A stretch of DNA of 64,000 nucleotides from Vicugna vicugna (Eukaryota). The notes beneath the pieces were generated by a model. The model worked only from the letters and a program-made list of their open reading frames with translations, was not told the DNA's origin and made no database searches. The position numbers were made by a program, and so were the translations under genes. Shown here piece after piece: positions 1-13,088 of this stretch; the first letter of the stretch is position 1; every line of letters begins with the position of its first letter. Location: the NCBI GenBank assembly GCA_013265495.1, contig MU057701.1, positions 434,001 through 498,000 on the forward strand, read 5' to 3'.

Positions 1-149
1 TTATGAGAACATCCCCATCACTAATTTACTTTTCACCTCTTTTATAGAATAGAAACTTCTTTTAAAATCTATCCAACTTGGAAAAAAAAAACCTATCCAT
101 CTTGAAAAAAGAAATCTATCCATCTTGGTATAATCCACAAACAGAAAAA

Positions 150-1110
150 AATTATGAGCTGGACTTTCTCAAAATTAAACGTGTTTGCTCTTTGAAAACA
201 CAGCTAAAAGAATGAAAAGACAAGCTAAAGACTGAGAGAAAAACTAACAGCAAATCACATATCTAAAGAAGGATTTGTATCCAGATATATAAAGAATTCC
301 CAAAGCTCAGAAGTAAGAAAACCACCCAATTAAAACTTGGGCAAAAGGTTTCAACAAACACTCCACAAAGAGGATATAATGATGGTCAACAAGCACAAGA
401 AAAAATGTTCAATGGCATTAGTCATCAGAGAAATACAAATTAAAACTGTGATTAGATATTACTGTATACCTATGACAATGGCTAAATTAAAAATACTAAT
501 AATATCAGTGACGTAGAATAGCTGGAACTCTCAAACACTGCTAGTGGAAATATAAATGATACAGCCACTCTAGAAAAAGGGTTGATAGTTTCTTATAAAG
601 TTAAAGATAGACAATCCCCTCTCTCCACAGATAGCTACCCTAGAGAAATGAAAACTATGTTCATACAAAAATCTGTACACAAATGTTTATAGCAGCTCTA
701 TTCATACTTGTTAAAAACTGGAAACAAATGTCCTTTAATAAGTGGCAATGGAAAACTACTCAGTAATAAAAAGGAATAAACTTAATACATGCAATAACTT
801 AGATGAATCTCAAAGACACAGTTAAAGAACCCAGTCTCAGAAGCTTACATACTGTATGATGCCATTTATATGATTTCACAAAAAGACAAAACTATAGGGA
901 TGGAGAAAAGGTCAGTGGTTGGAGGAGTTATGGGACAGGGACATGTAACTATAAAAGGACAGCACGAGGGACTCTTTGGGGTGATAATATTGTTCTGTAT
1001 CCTTATTGTGGTGATGGCTGCACAAACTACACGTGTGCTAAATTAACAGCCCTGTATATACCAAAAGAAAACAGTTTTACTGGATGAAAATTTTAAGAAT
1101 AAAATTTTTA
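150..1110 (+). mobile_element. Old L1 (L1M-type) ORF2 3' end and 3' UTR fragment
   Basis: Typical L1 motifs (gcaaatcacatatct..., caaatgtttatagcagctctattcat, gatgaatctcaaa). Confidence 0.8.
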
Positions 1111-4059
1111 AATTATTTTAAAAATATGAATCTCAATGTCACAATGGACATAGTTTTTAAAAACTGAAAAGAAATAAAGGATGTTTGTTGTTAATAAATG
1201 GAAAACCAAACATTTCCCCTCCCACAAATGTTAAGTTTTCGAGGTAAGAATGGAGCCTCAGAAAGAAGGTCTCCAAATAAAACAATCACTGAGTTCACTG
1301 GGTGCAAAATGTAGGATACTTTTGAAGAATCCCATCATAGCTAGATAATTGGTGCAGGACCAAAAGTAAACACTGGGAGAAAAATGAAATCAACAGTGTA
1401 CCACAGAGAGGGTAGGCAGACGCTTGGACTAAGACATGTTCAGTAGCAGATGATAAAAAAGATGGTGATTTATAAGCATCATTCTCTTTCCACTGTGGTC
1501 CTCTTTCTGCAGCAGCATAAAAATAACCACTAGACCACCTTGAAATCTAGTCATGAACTGTACTTTTATATTTTTGAAAATCAGTTATTGTCCTTAAACT
1601 AACTTTTATTGTTAATTTTGTCAAGATCCTCTTTTATTTCTAAAGAATTCAATCTTATTTGATTAGAGACAGACTTCAAAAAAAAAATATAAATAAACTG
1701 TGATTCAATAGCAGGAGCCAATAGTAGTAACTAAAATTTCTTCACTCTAAGTTGAAGATGTCTTTTACATTTGTCTCCATTAGGGAAAAAAAATCATCTA
1801 CCTCATAATTAACTTGGATGGGATAAATCAGATTGCATTTGTAAAGGTTTTAGAAGACTGATGTGTTGTGCTAAACATTACCACCATCCACTTGAACAGA
1901 AATTACTAACATTAATGATCAGTTCTTGATTAGACCCCAAGTTATCTTTAATTATTATTAAACTATATAAACAATAAAACCATCGGAAAACTTTAAAATG
2001 TAATAAATTTCTTTACATAACAAAATAAAAATTTAAACAAAAGAAGTACTAGAAAAAATCAGAGACTTATGTTTTTAAAAGTCAGTAATTTGCCTTTAAT
2101 CTGCCTCATACATTATTATTTTCCCTGTGGAAACCCAATTATTATCCTGAGAACAAGACTATTCTAGAAAGTAAATGTATTGTGACAAAAGAAAGAAAAG
2201 CCAGATTGATACATTATTAAAAATAACCCCCAAGACGTACCCTGAGGAGTAAGGAAATCGTAGCAGAACACACCTCCTTCTCCCCATTGGGCAGCGCAGC
2301 TGTGGTGAGACACTACAGCTAGTAAAAGTGTGTCATGCTTCCTCAGGGAGGAAAAAAGTTGAGAACCACTCTAGAGATGGCACAGCGGTTCCGAAATGCC
2401 TATAAACTAAAGTCTACGCTCATTACCACATATGCAGGCCACCCACAGTCTGGCTACAATCTAACTTTCCCATCGCTCCCCACACAGGTCCCGTGGACAG
2501 CAATGCCTCTGAGTTGCTGGCAATGCCCAAATACACCTTCCCTCCTCTCTCTGGACCTAAATTCTGCCCAGCTTTAAATGAACACTTCAAGGCCTACAGC
2601 CCTAAGAATGCTCCTCCCAGAACCAGAATTACTTCCTATAGAATGATTTGCCTTTTACTCGTATACTTATCTTGGATTAAATACATCATGTAAGACACTT
2701 TATCTGCCCAACACAGTATCTTATAAATAGGAGTCATGTTTTATAGCATTTATATCCCCATGACAACCATTCAATTCACTAAAATCATTTAATAAATACT
2801 TTAATTGAATTTCCCAAAGAGATGACCTAGAATAACCTAAATGCCAAGCACTCCAAGAATGGTCCTGAATCAAATTCATTTCTCATTCGAATGCCAAGTC
2901 ATAGAGAGGGATGTTGTATTCTCTTTAAATTTATTTGCTTTTATCCAAAACTGGAATCTGTGATGGGTCTTTGGGATACACAGGCAAAACATTCTGCAAA
3001 GTGAAAAGCTTTATTTGTTGTAGTGTGCTTAATATTCAGCCAGACTTGCATTTTTTTCTAAAACTTATAAAATCACTGAGTATGCAAGAAGCACTAGAAA
3101 AGAGACTAAGCCTATTGAGAAGAAAACTGGAAACTAAGATCATCAATCATATTTTATTTTGAATAATCTCTTTCATAAAGAGGTAAATTCTTCTAAATTC
3201 CAGAATGAATGGAATTCAATATAGCAAAGTAAAAGGTTTTAAACACATAAAATAAATATCCCGATGGACCTTCTACCATCTGTTTTAGTAACTAAAATTA
3301 TTAAAAAAAAAAACACTAAATTTTTAAAAAGTTATATCAAGAGCTAAAATTGAGATTTTTTCCATCTATTACCTTGATTTTTCCAGACCCATTTTTGAGA
3401 ATTGTCAGCAATTCTGGATCAATAATTCCAAAATATTTCTTGAAGAGTTTGAGTCTCCTCTCAAATCATTAAACATGCTTACTAATCAATAAAGATATGG
3501 AAAAAATACAAAACCTTTATTTATGAAGCAAGCAAATTATATTAAAAGACTGACTTCCAAGAAAAGTTTGCTGCTTGCTATGAAAGTTTTATTATTACAA
3601 AACATTTTCTATTATCTGTATTTCTTCATTTTCTTTCTTCATTATTTGTATGACCTTGTAAACACATCAAAATCCAAAACAACTGAGCTTTATAAATAAA
3701 ACATAAATCAATATAAAAGAGCCAAATGCACAATTAAAACCAAAGGTACCACCACCATCATCTTCAATTTACCATCAGCCTATGTTCTAAAACTATATTT
3801 TCAAATCAGTTGTTTGAAACTCAGAATAGTATCCTACAGAAACAGTGTTAAGAACTGGGGTTACTGGAAAGATGTAAAGTAACAAAAGTTTACAAAACAA
3901 TATCTACAGTGTAATCCCATTTTGTAAGTAAAAACAAGCAGATTATAAAATACTATAGTCCATAGTCCTGTTTTTATAAAATATGTATCTATATATATTG
4001 AATATTTTACACAAAAAGCCAAGAGAGATATGAAATGAAGTATTAAAATTAGCGAATAT

Positions 4060-4960
4060 CTCCTTCTTCAAAACCTTAACTCCAGTCTAATCTTGAGGAA
4101 AATACAAGACAAACCCAAACTGAGGGACATTCTGTGAAATATCTGAACCAGGACTCTTCAAAATTGTCATTGAAAAAAGTAAAGTCTGAAAAACTGTCAT
4201 AGCCCAGAGGACATAATCACATTCAATGCGGATCCTAGGTAGATCTCTGAACAGTAAAAGGGCTTTGTGGAAAAACTGGAGAAATCCAAATAAAATCTGG
4301 AAAATAGTTAATACTAATGTTTCAATGATGGTTTCTCAGATTTGACAAATGTACCATAAAAATATAAGATATTAACAACAGCGAGTGAAGAGTATATGAA
4401 AACTCTGACCTACATCACAACTTTCTGTAAATCTAAAATTATTCCAAAATTAAAAGTAGATACCTAAATGATAGATTACAGGGTTTTTCCTAATTCACCT
4501 CCATTTTCTAATTTTTCAACAAGCAACATGTTGCATTATCACAAAAAACAAAAAAGGGAGGGGTAACTATTCTAGATTAAAAGAAACTAAAGAGACATAA
4601 TAACCTAAAGAAATAAATAGCATTTTGGGGACAAATGGGGAAATTTACACATTTGATATCTGATAGTATAACCATTAGTATTATTGAATTATTTTCTTAG
4701 GTGTGATAATGGTATTGTGTTTATGAAGAAAAATGTTCTCATTCTTAGGAGGCACATGTTGAAGTATGAATGAAATTCTATCTAAGATGTCTGCCACTTA
4801 CTTTCAACTGGCTCAGGAAAAAAAGAGAAAGAAAACTCTAACTATATACTTGACAGAGAAAGAGAGAGAGAAGGCAAATTACGGCATAATGGTAACAATT
4901 GGGTGTTGATTATACTGTTCTTACCACCTTGCTGTAGACCTAAAGATTTTCATAAAATAT
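4060..4960 (+). mobile_element. Old L1 3' UTR fragments (L1MC/L1ME-like)
   Basis: ccagtctaatc...gacaaacccaaactgagggacattct, tgacaaatgtacca and ctttctgtaaatctaaaattattccaaaat motifs. Confidence 0.7.
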
Positions 4961-5118
4961 TTTAAACTAACAGTTTTAACTTTAAAAAGTGATTCAAACC
5001 CCAAACTAATGCAGAAGTCATAATTTTCTCTTAAATATAAAATATATTCTAATTTTTATGCTGCCCGATTCATCTTTTACAAATTAAAGAAAAAAAGGAT
5101 CAAACAAGGGTGACTTGT

Positions 5119-5256
5119 GGGGAGGGTATAGCTCAAGTGGTAGAGCGCCTGCTTAGCATACACAAGGTCCTGGGTTCAATCCCCAGCACCTCCATTAAAA
5201 ATAATAATAATTAAAATAAATAAATCTAATTACTTCCCCTCCAAAAAAAATTTTTT
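5119..5256 (+). mobile_element. tRNA-Ala-derived SINE (Vic-1-like, camelid)
   Basis: GGGGAGGGTATAGCTCAAGTGGTAGAGC...GGTTCAATCCC head with A and B boxes, an AT-rich linker, a CTAATTAC/C-rich tail, an A tail and a degenerate TSD (aagggtgacttgt / aaaggtgacatat). Confidence 0.9.
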
Positions 5257-5789
5257 AAAAGGTGACATATGACACATAGTAAGAAATTACAGGTAACATT
5301 CAGGAGTAATACTTAAGTTTCCTTCAAATTGATATTGAATATAGTATTTTTAATCAGCTGGATAGTTTACATCAATCTTGGGTTCATTCATTTCTAACTT
5401 ATCTAGTTTTTTTAAATAAATATGAACTATTTACTTTGAATACAGTTACCTCATCCTTTAAAGAAGCTGGAAAGAAGATTAAATAACCCAGAAGACACAG
5501 CTGGGAACTGTAAAGAAGTATAAGAAATAGTCACTGGCAGAATAGAAGAGCAGGTCTCCTTACAAAGCAATTGCATTCTATGTACCTGGGTCAGACATGG
5601 TTCATCTTGAGCCTTAGACCCAAGATATGTCTGCCCAAAGTGTTTTTTTTTTAATTGAAAAAGAAGTGGAAATGCTAAGGCACTTTAGAACATTCTTTGC
5701 TGTCTACTGCTAATTGAATTAGAAATCTGTAAGACCATTTCTAGTCCTAAAATTCTACTGTTCTACATGAAACAGCTTTAAAACAAGTA

Positions 5790-6550
5790 TACATTATCAC
5801 TTCATACCCATTAGGATGGCTACTATCAAAAAAAAAAAAAAACCCAGAAAATAAGTGTTGGCAAGGATGGGGAGAAACTGGAACCATTGTGCATTGCTGG
5901 TAGACATAAAATGGTGCCACTGCTGTGGAAAATATGGAGATTCCTCAAAAAATTAAACACAGAATTACTATATCCAACAATTCCACCTCCAGGTATTTCT
6001 CAAAAGAACTGAAAGCAGGAACTCAAACAGACACGTATACACCCATGTTCCTGGCAGCATTATTCACAACAGCCAAAAGGTGGAAGCAACCCAAGTGTCC
6101 GTCAGAAGAAAAATGGACTGAGAAAAGATGTCATATTTACAAAAAATGGCATATTATTTAGCCTTAAAAAGGAAGGAAATGCTGCCATATGCTACAACCC
6201 GGATGAAACCTGAAGACATGCTAAGTGAAATAAGCCAGTCACAAAAAGATAAATATTGTCTGAGTGCACTTATATGAGGCAACTATGGTATGAATGGACT
6301 CTATTCAAATTCACAGAAACAGAAAATAGAATGATGGTTGTCAGGGGCTTGAGGAAGAGGGAAACAGAGAGTTTGTGTTTAATGGGTACAGAATTTCAAT
6401 TTGGGAAGATGACAAAGTTCTGGAGATCAATGGTGGTGATGGTTATATAACAATGTGAATGTACTTAATGCCACTTGTATGCTAAATTATATCCTAAAAT
6501 GATTAAAATGGTAAATTTTGTTATATATATATTTTACCAAAAATTTTTTT
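5790..6550 (+). mobile_element. L1MB-like 3' end
   Basis: The ORF2 C-terminal remnant (TPMFLAALFTTAKRWKQPKCPS in ORF 5925-6161) is followed by an L1MB-type 3' UTR. Confidence 0.88.
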
Positions 6551-7299
6551 TTAAGTATACAAGCCATAATACCCTCCTACCCTCCTTAAAAGCATTAAGG
6601 TCCATGTCCTACTCTTGATGCAAACCTAAGGAATGCTCACTGCCTACTTCCCAATCTTCTCTGCCCATGAAGGAGAACGGAGAGCTAGCAGAGCCAGAGC
6701 CAGAGGAGGGAAATTGGTCCTGGTATCAGCCCCGCTAAATAAACTTAGAAAAGCCGAAACACAGGGTGAGGTTAAAGGTGGCTGAGGCAGGCGGGGGAAG
6801 GGAAGGCAAAGGTGGAAGGAAAGGAATTCCTCAGAACACGGGCAGCGGATCAGACTGGGGACAGAAAGGGCCACCATAGCTGTGAGGAAAAGGAGGAACA
6901 GAGAACAGCAGAGATCAGAGATGGGAATCTCCCCAAGGTAAGAGAGAGGAGTGAGTGGAGGGAAAAGGAAAAAGAGAAATATAAATAAGGAGATTCATTT
7001 AAGAAGAGATCCTTCCCAAGTACCAGCAGAAAAATGACTTCCTTCCACTGAGGTGACCATTTGTATCTAAAGAAACCAAGAAAGTTGGTGAAGTCTATAA
7101 AATTAGGAAGAAAAAAATTTTCCATGAGAGAATACTAACATATTCCATCCACAGAGAACTATGTACTGCTATTTTTTTCATTTGTTTTTGTCTTTTTTTT
7201 TTTTCACAAGAAGAGAACACTTATTTGTTTAGGAATAATTTCAGACTTTCTTATTTGTGTCAAACTCTAGGATGCCACAAATGAGCTGAAGAGTTCCAA

Positions 7300-7520
7300 G
7301 GCACAGCAGTTAAGAATACAGGCTTGAAGCCAGATCTGCCTGAATTTGAATCCTGGCATTGTCACCTGAAGCAATCTGCCTAAAAACTTGCTTCGATCTC
7401 CAGATCTGCAAAATGGGAGTAATAACAGTACCTACACCTCACAGGACTGCTGCAAGAATTAAATGGGGTAAAATATGAGAGCGCTTAGAACAGTGTCTGG
7501 TCCACACTGACCACTATTAA
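7300..7520 (+). mobile_element. MIR SINE
   Basis: gcacagcagttaaga...tttgaatcctggc...tctgcaaaatgggagtaataacagtacctac core. Confidence 0.8.
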
Positions 7521-8399
7521 AGTACTAGCTTCCCATTTTCCTCCCGATCTGGAACGTGAGCTCCAGGAGAACTGGGATCTTGCCTGATTGTTAACTCCTG
7601 AAGCACCAGGCACCTGACATAGCAAGCATTTGTTGAATAACAAAAATGGATTGAATAATATAAACTTCATGTCAGCAACACAGAAGCCCAAAGGAATCGC
7701 ACTGCCTTTTTGTTATTACCGACAACTAAAACCTGCGTAATACTTCAGCCTCAAAGTTCATAGAGGGTTTTCACATCCCTTCTCTCAAGTGAGTCTGTGA
7801 AGCGGATAGCATCTCCATCTTACAGACAAACTACGACCCAGAAGACTTCAGTGATCTGCCCAAGGAATTCTGGAAATTAATCCTACTTCTGTTCAATCTA
7901 GACCCCACCCGGAAAGCTCAGAATATACCCTACCAAACTGTTCAACCATCCTTACGTGCAAATACACAAAGCTTAAGGTCACCAAAACACTTTATCCCAT
8001 TTGCTTCAACAGAATGGACAGAGAGGGAGGAGACAGAGGAAACAACGTTAGTAGCTGCTGAAGCTGAACGACCAGCATGGGGGACTGGTTATACTCTTTC
8101 TACTTCTGTACGTCCGAAACTTTCCGTAACAAAAAAATATAATTAAAAAATAAACTCTTCACTCCCCAACATAAATTCTGCCACTTCCAACTGTCTGTTG
8201 AACACACCTGGGTGTGAGGAGAACCCCACAGCTGAAAACCAGTCTGAGGCAGAAAAGAGGGTGCTGGACTGGGAATCAGGAAGCTTCAGTCTTCGCTGAT
8301 TCCTCACTCCTCTGGGCCCTGAACTTCCTCGTCTGTTCCTTCTAGGATAAAATTCGGATTTCAGCTTTCTACTAGTTCCTTAAACTCAGCATCCAAAAC

Positions 8400-9410
8400 C
8401 AAACACTTCCTTATTCTAAACTCCTGCGACCTGTTCTTCCTCCTGACTTACATATTCCTAATGTCCCATTCTGCCAGCCATCTAACCATAAAAATTTCAG
8501 CATCATTTCTGACTTAAGACATAGAACCGACTGTTCCCTTCCCCTCCTACCTAAACAGTCACCACATCTCTCTGTTCAAAATATCTTGAATCCATCACCT
8601 CCTCTCCATTTCCAAGGCCACCGATTCAATTCAGGCCCTTATCATCCCTCACTTGGACTACTACCATGAACCCAACTAAAGCCCCTGTCTCTAGTTTCTC
8701 CTCACTGGCAATCCATTATATTCATCCTTAGTCTGACATCTTAGACCCTCCAAAACCCAGTCTGGACCTCTCAACAGTTGCATCTTCCACTGCATCCCTT
8801 TATGTAACCCAGGGTCCAGGCAATTTGGATACGCAGATTCTTGACATCCGCCTCATTTATGAAAGCACCCCCAGACTTTGATCAAGCTATCCTTCCCTCC
8901 AGAATGTCCTCTTCTTTCCACTGGTCCTCATTTTCACAGTGGTGCAATTTAAATGCCACCTCTTCAGTTGAAGTGTTCCCTTATATCCCCAAGGGGGCAG
9001 TATTACTCCCTCCACTGAACCCCTAAGCACCCTGTCTGAGCCCCTTTTACAGCACCCTTTAAATTCCTATTAGTCCTTTCTTTCTTTGGTGCCCCATCCT
9101 CTCTACTAAATGATTCACTCCCTATCAGAGGAAATGATCTTTTATTTATCTTTGTATCCTTTAGAGCTTCTCAAAGAGTGTGTGCCATGGCACAGTGGTG
9201 TGCTATTAATTGTTCTAGACAGTGACCCCCTCAGTCCTCTAGGCAGCCACAAAGGGACTTCAGCAGCCAGGGTCCCCAACTGGTCAAGCCTCAAACAGTC
9301 TCCTCCTTCAACCAGGTAGATGCCATGATAACTTGAGAAGCACTCAGAGGACGCAACACAGCACATGGTACACAGTGGATACTGAATAAACATTTGCTGA
9401 ATTGACTCTT
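8400..9410 (+). mobile_element. L2 LINE fragments
   Basis: Pyrimidine-rich L2 ORF2 remnants ending in an aataaacatttgctgaattga 3' tail. Confidence 0.6.
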
Positions 9411-11401
9411 GGAATAATCCATTTACTACCCTTCAACCACAATTTCCAAGAAAACTGACCATCTAGACTAGACTCTCTCTGAACATTTTCACTGAACGTG
9501 TTCTCGTCACCTTTTTAATAATCACCTGTTTACTAGCTGGTTATACTTGTCTTACCACCCAAAGCCCACATCTACAGTTTATTGCATAAAATAGCAAAGG
9601 ATATGAACAAACAATTCACCATGAAAAGACTCAAAGAGAAAAATTCAACATTACAGAAGAAATTCAAGTGTCACTTTATACTATAAAATTAGCAAAAACT
9701 TTTAAGGAAAAAAAAATGTATTTCTATCCAGTTATGGTGAAACAGGTATATCTGTGTATCTGTTAGTACAAACTAGTATAACATTTTTGAAACACAGTAT
9801 GCCAATATATATCAAAAGCCATAAAAACATTCATACCATTTAACACATAATGCACTCAGAAATTTATCCTAGTGATATAATTAGCCAGAAAAAAAAACAA
9901 TAATATCTACAAGAATGCAGATTAAACCATTAACTGAAAACCAGCCAGCAACGTAAATATCTAACATAAAAAGATTTAAGTAAATTATGAGAGCATGACT
10001 TGATGAAATACTTTGCAGCCTTTCAAAGTGTAAACTTATAAAATTAAAATTGTGACAACTATAACATGGAAATGTTTCATAATCTAATAAACAGGAAAAA
10101 ATCCAAATTATATGCATCAAAATTAAAAATGAATACACAATTTTTTAATGGAATGCCAAAAAGAAAATCAATTGTTTTAGGGCAGTAACCCAAACCTTTA
10201 ACAATTTACTTAATATCAATTTTTAAATTATTTAAGAGAGAGACTTCCACCAGGAAACAAGGGGTTCTGGCATACAAGCTTGGAAAAGGTCCACTGCTCC
10301 CTTCTACTGCTCATTTTGGCCCTAACTGAGAAGGCCACTTCACTCATGCACTCCTTTTCACAATGACCTATGACAACCCAGACCTCAGCTTTCCAAGGAC
10401 CAACAAACTAGCTCAACTGGTTTTCTGATCATCCCAGTGAACCTGTGGAGGATGAAGCGTGCAAAACTAGCATATCCTCAAGAATCAAAGAACCCCTACA
10501 ACCATGTTTTACTTTAGTAATCAACAAGTAGCCAAGCCTAAGTTCAATTATAAACCCTCAAAGTACACAGTATTGTCACATTAAAGTGTCTGGGACTAGT
10601 ATTGAAAATATATCAAAAACTAATTTTAGCACTGATGCCCCACAAAGACAATATTAAAACAGTCTTCCAATTGTTTTCCTGTAATATTTCCATTTTCTAA
10701 GTTTAATAATGAATGACCAAGTTACTAATGGACCAAGAAGACTAATTACTGTGAAGTAATAAATACTCAAGACTAAATTGTCTTTCTTAGGGTATTTCAG
10801 CTAAAAATAAATAATCTGAAGGACTAATACAACCATTGTATGGAGGGAACACAACCTTTAGGAAAAAAGTTTAACCTTTTGTTTCCACTGATGTGCTCTT
10901 AGTGTCTAGATCCTAAAAAAATGCAGATATATATCGTCATTCATGACAATACACACATAGCAGATAACAGAAAAAACAGTTTAATACTTAACCAAGTTCA
11001 TCAGAGTCCCGGTGATCATCACTCAAGAATGTTGACACAAAAACTGAAGGACCTCTCAAGTTCCAAAATATGCAGATAGGTTGAACCCCTGTGCGGTTAC
11101 TCATTCAAAACAGAAGTGGAAGATTAACCTACCCTCACTTCTCTTCAAACAAACTGACAAAGTACCAGGCAGTCTCCTGAGAGTATGTCCACCATCATCC
11201 AGTCTGTTCCAGAAGTAGCCAATTCAGTCAGGACCGGCGTCTCCAGGTTACCAGTTTCACTAGTGCCCCACATCCCTCCACCTTGGCCCACCTCACCCTT
11301 TCTGGCCAGACACTTTCATCTAGATTGTGTCTCCTTTGTCTCTTCCTCAGGCATTGCCAAGTTCTTGTTTTCTAAATAAGGCTCTGCCAAGCCTTACTCA
11401 C

Positions 11402-11458
11402 CTGCAGTTCACTGCACTGGGTATCACCCAAATAGCCCATCAGAGCTCTTTATAATTT
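11402..11458 (-). other. HELZ: Non-coding exon 3 (5' UTR) of probable HELZ
   Basis: A strong acceptor ccttctctctctttcag| and a consensus donor CTGCAG|gtgagt bound a 57-nt unique exon. Confidence 0.75.
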
Positions 11459-11619
11459 CTGAAAGAGAGAGAAGGAACTTTTTAAAACACAGTAGAAAAC
11501 ACCATTGCTGGTGTATTAGTTCTGAAGCATGTGTCCAGTATTCACAGCATATGGTCTTTCGGTCCACAGTATTTCAATAAAATGTAGCATAACCAGCCAG
11601 GACCAAGAGTCCCGAGATA

Positions 11620-11950
11620 AGGGTCCAGAGATAAAAATTTGGTTCAGTGTTGCTACCACTTGGGTGTGTGACCTTGGGCAAGTCACTTGACTTCTCCAGG
11701 CCTCAATTTCCTCATCTGGAAAATAAGACAGTTAGACTAGACAGAAGCAGCAGACCAAATCACAATGGAAAGAGCAGGCCCTTTCCAAGGCACAGCGCCA
11801 GACCACCACTTACTAGACCTGTGACGTTATGTTAGTTCATTCACATTTAGCCTAAATTTCCTCTGCAAAGTGGAAATAACTATCTTGGAGTTGTTCTGAG
11901 AACTAAACGAGAGAGAATGAGTTATAAAAAGCCTATAGTAAATAAACTGT
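11620..11950 (+). mobile_element. Two adjacent MIR fragments
   Basis: tgtgtgaccttgggcaagtcacttgacttctc...cctcaatttcctcatctggaaaat and a second, weaker core. Confidence 0.7.
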
Positions 11951-12994
11951 GAAGCTCATTCATAAAGTTACACAGATGGTAATTACCAACATTACTCCCA
12001 GCCCTAAGGTTACATGAATTCAATTCCCAAATATTTATTTCCTTTTAAAAGATTCCTATTAAAAGATCAACAAATCAAAACTTTACCAACCTGACAATGT
12101 AATTAACTCTTTGAGTGTTTCAGTAACAATTCAATTACAGTTATCTTAAACTGATGGACGCTTAAGATTATCAGTATTACTTATCATCACAGGAAATAAG
12201 GGTGGAATAGTTCCTGCATAACATCTAAGCTAGTTCAGTGGCCATGCCTTTCCTGACTTCTCTCTCTGCTTTCATGACTGCCAGGGTACCTCAGCTAGAG
12301 AGGTCTTCAAAGGCCAAGCGACACCAAGTGTTTTCTATGGTCAGATCAAGGGAGTACAACTAACTGTGGAGAAGGGAAGAGAGGCTTTTTTTTTTAATCT
12401 TTTTTACTTTATATACTTAAGTACTACTCCAGTTTGTTAACCATAGCATGCATCAATTTTACATAAAAATAAATGATTTTTTAAAGCTATGTTACACATA
12501 TTGCCTACTGAAAGGAAGCTCGCCTCACAGGAATATTTTCAACACAAGGAAGGAGAATATCCATAGAAGAAAGCAAAAAGGCAAATTGAGATGTGCCGAG
12601 AACACCTAAAATATGGCGCAGAAATAACAAAAATCACAAACATTCACACTTCAGAATGGTTCAGTCAAAAAATATGCCATGCATTCCTCTGAAGAAACTA
12701 ATGATGAATCAGGGCTTTTTGGGGTCAAAAGCAAGTTGAGTACACACACTCTGGTTTTACCAGACAACTTCCTGCTCTTGGAGAAAATGACCCAGTACAA
12801 TTTACATGAGTAAACAAGCTGGTATGACTGTTTGGTAGTATGTTGAAAACTTTCAATTTGCTTTAGAAAATTGGTAGCTTAAAAATATATATGCACACAT
12901 ATATATAAATATATACCTAAGTTAAAAGTCTTCATGTTACATCTACAATATTTTCTGAAAGAATATTAACTCTATTAAATTCAGAATTATTCAA

Positions 12995-13088
12995 CGAATA
13001 TATGTACGTATACATGTGACTGAACTGTTATGCTGTACACCAGAAATTGACACAACATTGTAAACTGACTATACTTCAATTAAAAAAA
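12995..13088 (+). mobile_element. Very short 5'-truncated young L1 (3' tail only)
   Basis: ...tatgctgtacaccagaaattgacacaacattgtaaactgactatacttcaat-poly(A), with a perfect 12-bp TSD agaattattcaa (12983-12994, 13089-13100). Confidence 0.9.

Noticed and set aside
3370..3460. Possible minus-strand exon (LKLFKKYFGIIDPELLTILKNGSGKIK|gtaata)
   Set aside because: No convincing acceptor and no recognisable homology; likely chance.
1..11400. HELZ coding exons
   Set aside because: I could not find the recalled HELZ N-terminus (MEDRRAEKSC...) here. The first coding exon is presumably left of the window, so the HELZ call rests on synteny and exon structure only.
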